The notes under the pieces are model-generated. The model saw only the letters and a program-made list of their open reading frames with translations, ran no database searches and was not told where the DNA came from. DNA of 64,000 nt, taken from assembly GCA_051362555.1 (NCBI GenBank), contig CM120645.1, forward strand, positions 16,616,001 to 16,680,000. Direction: 5' to 3'. Below, piece by piece: positions 36,352-64,000 of the stretch. Position numbers and translations under genes: made by a program. The number at the start of each line of letters is the position of its first letter. Position 1 is the first letter of the stretch. This DNA is from Lingula anatina. Taxonomy: Eukaryota; Animalia; Brachiopoda.

Positions 36352-39231
36352 AACTAGAGGATCAGAGAGGCGATACCGCCTCCGAATATTGTACCACCAG
36401 CTGGAGCAAGTGCATTCGTATAGACCCCCACATACACAAAAGAAGGGACACAGCCACCAGTCTTATGCTTGACAAGCTGTAAAAATGCAATCAACAAGAA
36501 TTTTCAAAATATGCAAAAAAATAAATATAACTTAAAATGGTACAATCAAAGTTAAGTTCATCGTAAGGTAGGTCAAAGGTCAATTTCAAGGTCACAGTAA
36601 ATTGCCAGTATATGACTTCATATTCAACTTTAATGGTAACTATGGACCTATCTCTGCCAGGTTTGGAGTTAAAAGAGAAAGAAATTTGCAAAATTCAATT
36701 CATGATAAAAAGTAGGTCAAAGGTCAATTTCAAGGTCACACTTAGATTGCCAGTATATGACTTTCCATGCAAGTTCAATAGAAACTATGGACCTATCTCT
36801 GACTTCCTATTCAAGTTCAATAGTAACTATGGACCTATCTCTGCCAGTTTTGTAGATAAAAGGGAAAAAAAATATGCAAAGTTCAGTTCATGGTGAAAAG
36901 TAGGTCAAAGGTCAATTTCAAGGTCACATTTAGATTGCCAGTATATGACTTCCTATTCAACTTCAATAGTAACTATGGACCTATCTCTGCCAGTTTTGGA
37001 GATATAAGGGACTATATGTTTTAATTTGGAGTTACCATAATGTGCCATAAATTTCCTACAGAAAAAATTAATTAAAATAAAGAAAAGGTCATTTTGGTCA
37101 AAATTCTTGAAATAAGAGGTGCTCTGAAGTTCCAGATGTTCAAATTGGATGAAATAATGTCATTTTTGACCACAAGTTGTCTGCTTTGCCAAGCCTTATG
37201 TTTTATTTTTCCGGAGTTCAAAATTTATTATCCATTACCGTACTCCACATTTTGCTTTCACCACCAATATGTGCCAGTATATGACTTCCTATTCAAGTCC
37301 AATAAAAACTATGGACCTATCTCTGCCAGTTTTGGAGATAAAAGGGAAGCAAAATTTGCAAAGTTCAGTTCATGGTGAAAAGTAGGTCAAAGGTCAATTT
37401 CAAGGTCGAATTTAGATTGCCAGTATATGACTTCCTATTCAACTTCAATAGTAACTATGGACCTATCTCTGCCAGGTTTGGAGTTAAAAGAGAAAGAAAT
37501 TAGCAGAGTTCAGTTCATGGTGAAAAGTAGGTCAAAGGTCAATTTCAAGGTCACATTTAGATTGCCAGTATATGACTTCCTATTCAACTTCAATAGTAAC
37601 TATGGACCTATCTCTGCCAGGTTTGGAGTTAAAAGAGAAACAAATTAGCAGAGTTCAGTTCATGGTGAAAAGTAGGTGAAAGGTCAATTTCAAGGTCACA
37701 TTTAGATTGCCAGTAAATGACTTCCTATTCAACTTCAATAGTAACTATGGACCTATCTCTGCCAGTTTTGAAGATAAAAGGGAAGCAAAATTTGCAAAGT
37801 TCAGTTCATGGTGAAAAGTAGGTCAAAGGTCAATTTCAAGGTCGAATTTAGATTGCTAGTATATGACTTCCTATTCAACTTCAATAGTAACTATGGACCT
37901 ATCTCTGCCAGGTTTGGAGTTAAAAGAGAAAGAAATTAGCAGAGTTCAGTTCATGGTGAAAAGTAGGTCAAAGGTCAATTTCAAGGTCACATTTAGATTG
38001 CCAGTATATGACTTCCTATTCAACTTCAATAGTAACTATGGACCTATCTCTGCCAGTTTTGAAGATAAAAGGGAAGCAAAATTTGCAAAGTTCAGTTCAT
38101 GGTGAAAAGTAGGTCAAAGGTCAATTTCAAGGTCACATTTAGATTGCCAGTATATGACTTCCTATTCAACTTCAATAGTAACTATGGACCTATCTCTGCC
38201 AGTTTTGGAGATATAAGGGACTAAATGTTATAATTTTGGAGTTACCTTAATGTGCCATAAATTTCCTACAGAAAAAATTAATTAAAATAAAGAAAAGGTC
38301 ATTTTGGTCGAAATTCTTGAAATGGGAGGTGCTCTGAAGTTCCAGAAGTTCAAATTTGATGAAATAATGTCATTTTTGACCACAAGTTGTCTGCTTTGCC
38401 AAGCCTTATGTTTTATTTTTCCAGAGTTCAAAATTTATTATCCATTACCGTACTGCACATTTTGCTTTCACCACCAATATGTACTTTTTGACACAGCGTA
38501 GCTCAAAAACCGTATGGAATACAAAAAAACGGAGACCACCTCCAGTGTTGGGCTTTACATGCTCTACAAAATGCAAAAAAGAATGGGTCTCTAGCATTAA
38601 CGGTCCCCGAATTAGAGACAGTTTTCAGTTTCGGTATCTTATGGCCGCTACTCCCGTTAAAATGCACCGATTGACCCCAAATTCACGGAGATGAAAGATG
38701 ACCTGAAGGGTATCATTTTCCAATAATATTATTGGTTAAGTCTGTGTGGTGTCTGAATAACAGCGCAAATAATTTTTTTTTCGTAAAAAAATTCATTTTT
38801 TTGAAAAATTTGGCCTGTTTGACCTTGAAATAAAGGTCAAAGGTCAAATCCAAGGGCATATTTGAAATCTACACATATGACTTTTGGAAAGCCGTCTGTA
38901 GAAATTTTTCCCATAATTCCTTCCGTAGAGTAGATAATTAGCATTTAATTTTGCCATTTTTGGACAAGGGTGCATTGCAATGAATGCCACACCTAGACCC
39001 CAATACCGACAAAGCCCAAATTTTACGTGGAACGAGTTGAGATTATAGGTGACCTAAATCCAAGAGATGGGTATGGGGGCCCTTACCGTCTAGGAGGAGA
39101 AGCGGTAACGGTAACATGGCGGCGGAGCCGGCGGAACCGGCGGAGCCGGCGGAGCCGCAGGAGCCGGCGGAACGGACCGGACGGGACTAAAACCATGTGT
39201 ACCGCCAGCGCTAACGCTGGTGGTACAATAA
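36352..39231 (-). mobile_element. Helentron-type non-autonomous element with ~145 bp satellite array (family B)
   Basis: Minus strand 5' TTATTGTACCACCAGCG-TTAG-CGCTGGCGGTACA palindrome and GC-rich (CCGGCTCCG)-like microsatellite at 39120-39185. Tandem ~145 bp monomers at 36560-38220. 3' subTIR GCTGGTGGTACAA, hairpin GAGGCG-GTAT-CGCCTC and terminal CTAGTT. Confidence 0.8.
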
Positions 39232-40431
39232 CATCTTAATATGTAGATACTTATTTTCAATTTGCTCTTAAAAATTATGTGTGTGTACATTTCTTAATTT
39301 ATTATTTCATAAAGTCTGCTGAACATTGAAAAATGATGTATTACTTTCACCATTACTATTATTATTATTATCATTATTATTATTATAAGACTGGTAAAGT
39401 CAAAATGAATCACAGAATTTTCCTCATTAAGAAAAACTTAAGAAAAAACTCGAGGCAAGATAACTTTGTAAGTTAAAATGTATTTGATCAGAAAAAAATA
39501 GCAATTAATGTTTTAATGAGGAACAATATGTGACACAGAATATTGTCACAAACTGCATATAATAGTCTGGGGTTGTTACCATTAACATCATCAATTATCT
39601 TTTAAAGTAGTCATTTTTCAGCTCTTAAGAATAAAGCTAAAAACAATAATTTCAATAAATCCATCAACCATGCACAAATGCAATTCATTCAGTGCTTATT
39701 AATCAAAATACACCAAAATTGATCATTTCCCCTGTTTTTCTACCACATTTATGCAAAAAGTTTTAAACACCTACTACCGATATGGTGACTGTTGTAACTT
39801 TCCTTGAATATAAAGGACATTGCATAACAATGTGAATTGATACAATATATTTATCTGATATGTAATTGGATACATTTGTGATGCAAGAGTGAAATAAATT
39901 ACCTTGCAAAACTAGAAGCTTGTATTTAGACTGCTGACTTCAAATAGGTCACAAACCTTTCCCCTTTAAAGGAAATAGTGAGAATGCTTACATATATATC
40001 AAGATATTCAAGAACTGGTTTTAAGCTTAATGCCTTTCTATACAACTTTCATATTGGCAAACTGAATATTAATCAACCTTAATGATCAATACATTTTCCA
40101 AGTTGCATTGTTCTTTCATTCTTGCACTATCCTTTTAATACTGCCTGAATATGCATAAATGGGGTTAAATTGACAATATTTGTAAGTTAAGTGAATGCTG
40201 AGGCATCTTTTAGATTGGGACAATTTTTTGTTGCTAAACAACATATTAACTGATTAGGTGATCTATTCCTGTTGTAAAATAACTTGAACTTTGTACTACT
40301 AAAAATGTTTTATGGCTCAGTAACTTCCCAAACAATTAAACTGATTTGGTTGCTTGGCCACCCCTTTTGGTTGCTTGGTAACTGGTTTTAGTTGCCACTT
40401 CCCCTGGTTGCCAGGCAACTTCTTTCTGTTG

Positions 40432-60882
<20,451 letters not shown>

Positions 60883-61538
60883 TGTTTTGGATATAATATC
60901 TTCAAAAGAAGGAAAAACTACATAAAAATAAAAACATCTTCTTAAGACAGACTTGACCTATTTTTCTAGGGGTTATCCAATGAAAACCTTGTTCTCTATG
61001 GCAAGGGCAGCCGCGCGCAATCACCTGCAGTCAAACGCGCGAGAAAATAAATTCAATGCCTAAAAGATGCCTTCTGACAAACTAGTTTGTCACGTAAGAA
61101 AAATTACCCTTCCTTTATTCAGATATTATTTTTTGTATAATTCAATATATACTTATGTCGTTTTGTAAATTGAACTCAAAATATAAAAATCGATTGTCAT
61201 AATAAATGTAATCGCAAATAGTTCTACAGAGAGTCAGATGAGATCAATGCGCTTTAAAGCAATCTTTTGGAGAATGTTTCAAAGTTGCTGATCGAAAACA
61301 CGTATTCTTAGAAAAAATATCCTTAATACAATATCATATTAAAAGAGAATCAGCATTATGTGCAGATATTTTCGTTTTATTAAATACAATACGCACTAGT
61401 TATAAGCGGAATAATATTGTCGGCGAAATATCGTTGTTCAGCCCTGAGAGTAGCCATCTTTGTCAAAACAGGAAAAGAAGGGACATTTGTTGAAAAAAAT
61501 TAGTGAAATTTGGTCGTTGAGAAACTGCCAGGTTCATC
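60883..61538. promoter_or_regulatory. Probable bidirectional promoter between RNF123 and Rab GDI
   Basis: Divergent ATGs only 656 bp apart. CpG is retained here relative to the RNF123 body. YY1-like GCCATCTT near 61453 and a CGCGCG/E2F-like element near 61036. Confidence 0.7.
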
Positions 61539-62813
61539 ATGGAAGAGGAATATGATTTAATCGTTTTAGGGACTGGTTTGAAGGTAATGCAATAATGATC
61601 ATGTGCTCGATCAATTTATAATTTGCCATCGAAAAATAACACGCCCCCGGTGAACCCTGTGACTGGGCTAGTCGCCGGGTAGTTGATTGGAGTGGGCTGG
61701 TCTTTTCTCAACAATGCGTTTTGTAATTTTGCGGCGACTTCTGTGTGCTTTAAATGATGCCTTGTGACACTGTCACAACCCCCTTCAATTGTGATGATAA
61801 AAACATTGTATAATACTAAATCAGTAATTTTGCAAACGTCACACTTTTACACAGCCTAAATGATCTTCGTGCAGCTGTGGCATTGTTTGCACACCGTTCC
61901 TGTTTTGCATGCAATAATGAATTGAACTTGTTCTTGTTTTGAGCAGTGAACAGGTCCGTTTTTCTTATAATAGCATAATAGAAGAGTAATATGTTTTTCA
62001 TTGTGGATGCAAGGTTTTCTTATCACTGTAATTCAAACTCTTACATAAATAACAATGGTTGGAATTATGGTTTTTGAATGTTAGCAAACAGATTCATTGT
62101 CGATCAGAAGGTTTGTGCATTAAGTTTAGATTTTCCACACTTGCATAATAAAAAGGATAATCATAATGTCAGTCAGTTTATTTAAGTTCTCTCAAGCACG
62201 TCAAAAACATTGATGCTTTACAAAGTAATGGTTATAAAATGAAAAAAAATATGAAATACAAAACAAAAGAAAAATGATAATGAAAAAAAAAGGAAAAAAA
62301 CAAACAACAACACTGTTTGACAACTTGTTTTGACTTACAGCCATTGTAAAAACTAGTCCACTGGTACACATGATTTATCCCCTTCATAATTTTTGTTGTA
62401 CATACCAATATGTTGTTCCCTCTAGGTACAGAAGAGGTTGTACATGTACTAAGTAAAACATAAAATTGTCAATCATAGGGTGGTCTATTGAAATTGCCTA
62501 TAAGGCATATATGACTATTTAGTATAGGATGAAGGAGGTTTAAAGTGACCTATTGATCTCTGGGTAGCTAATCTGAACTGTCCTCATTTGTTCCTATTGA
62601 CAGCTGGTTTACATTGATTTTTAGTTGTCATTCTTGTATTGTGGATGGCACATTTTGACACTTTTTTCCTCATTTTTTTTCACACTTGTATTAATTTTTT
62701 TGCAGGAGTGTATTCTGAGTGGATTGTTCTCAGTCAGTGGGAAGAAAGTCCTTCACATGGACAGGAACTCGTACTATGGAGGAGAGAGTGCTTCCCTGAC
62801 TCCACTGAAAGAC
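61539..62813 (+). CDS. GDI1: Rab GDP dissociation inhibitor (GDI1/GDI2 family), exons 1-2; gene continues beyond the window
   Basis: Exon 1 61539-61583 [15 protein letters not shown]|GTAATG. Exon 2 62706-62813 [36 protein letters not shown]|GTAAGC. This is the conserved Rab GDI N-terminus. An invertebrate copy is probably co-orthologous to GDI1 and GDI2. Confidence 0.93.
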
Positions 62814-64000
62814 GTAAGCTGCAAACAGTGTCACACACATACACTTGCATACACACACATGGACGAAAAATGACATTACTAAAAAGTGAAATGACCACCA
62901 CTTTTATCTAAAATATAATAATGGTTGCTTAAGGTGTATTACTTTTTCATTAAAAAATGCACACTGAGTCAGCTTTTCCAAGAAACTTGCAAGAGCAACA
63001 ATTACCCCATTCACACACAGCATTTTGAATTGTTATTTGATCTTTATTGTTTTATCAATGTAAAGCCTATAGTGTGAACGCAATAGCATCACCAAGTCGT
63101 GATTCAAAATAATCTACTTCAGTCAGGAGCAGGATTGTGTCATTGTAAAATTTTTACTATGGTATAAAATCTACAGTGGGAATGTTGATTTGTTTAAAGC
63201 ATTGGGCAGTTTCCTGTATTGTCCAGCATGAATGTAGAGACTAAAGCACATGCTCAACAGGACATACCATGCGAGCACCAGTACAGTTACCAGATCTAGC
63301 AAAGGGAATCACGATTTTGTTTTTATGTGTGAGAACGCAAAAATATTAATATAGATAAGCAGGTTAGAATCCCAGTGTTCTTAATCTCGATCACTATGCC
63401 AGAGGGCTAATGATACACTTCCAGGAAATCATGTTGTTGAATAATTTAGACTTAGCTGTGAAATAGACTTTACTTTCGTCATATTTGCCCCAACTTTTCC
63501 TGATAGGGCATAGTAACTGATTGATGAATAAGATTTTTTCTTAAATTAACTTAAGCTGAGTGATTTGTTTTCTTGTTATTTTAGGGGATAATTGACTTCA
63601 GAATTTTTTTCTGTGCATGTGTTAGTGAAGTATAGAATGATGTTATTTTTACAAAAATAACTTGGGAAGTTAAAAATGGATGATTGTTTCAAAGTTAATC
63701 AATTTCCAACAAGAGAAGTTGTTTGATAGTTGACTTTGTCACCAGTGCATTACATTTAAAGTTCCAGATGCTGTTTTCCTGTAGATCTAATTCAAGAGAA
63801 TATAGCCTTTTAGGTGGTAATCCCACGACTAACAAAATCTCATTAGTGCTAGGACTTGAGATATTTTGAATGTAAAAACCTGTGTTAGCCATGTAACTGT
63901 TTTTGATAGTAAATATGATCTATGTCACTCATCTGTGTTTCTTACAATCCATCCATGCAGTTACACAAAATTAAGGCAAGTCTGAATACTAAATTATCTC

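Noticed and set aside
36491-38694. Repeated short ORFs (MTSYSTSIVTMDLSLPGLELKEKE...) as a tandem peptide gene family
   Set aside because: They are translations of the ~145 bp satellite monomer; frames shift between units.
39027-39290. Arg-rich protamine-like and Pro/Ala-rich ORFs
   Set aside because: They come from the GC-rich microsatellite at the 5' end of the family B element.

Overview
AT-rich, intron-rich animal genomic DNA. An invertebrate deuterostome such as an echinoderm is my best guess from gene and repeat content, not proven. Exons were read by hand. Minus strand: a stabilin-like EGF/FAS1 receptor gene with 20 phase-compatible exons (33744 to 4981; 3' end unresolved). Its 17 kb first intron holds two paralogous, highly divergent class-A-like 7TM receptor ORFs on the plus strand (19641-21248, 30697-31821). 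A complete 33-exon RNF123/KPC1 gene (60882 to 40432, about 1201 aa) contains a clear U12-type minor intron. It lies head-to-head with the first two exons of a Rab GDI gene (from 61539, plus strand). Repeats: three families of Helentron-type non-autonomous elements (two families carry internal satellite arrays), four copies of a PIF/Harbinger-like MITE, a decayed Penelope GIY-YIG retroelement, and microsatellites. The best candidate for an undescribed system is the nested orphan-GPCR pair; one receptor has a mucin-like ectodomain with a furin site. No database searches were run.
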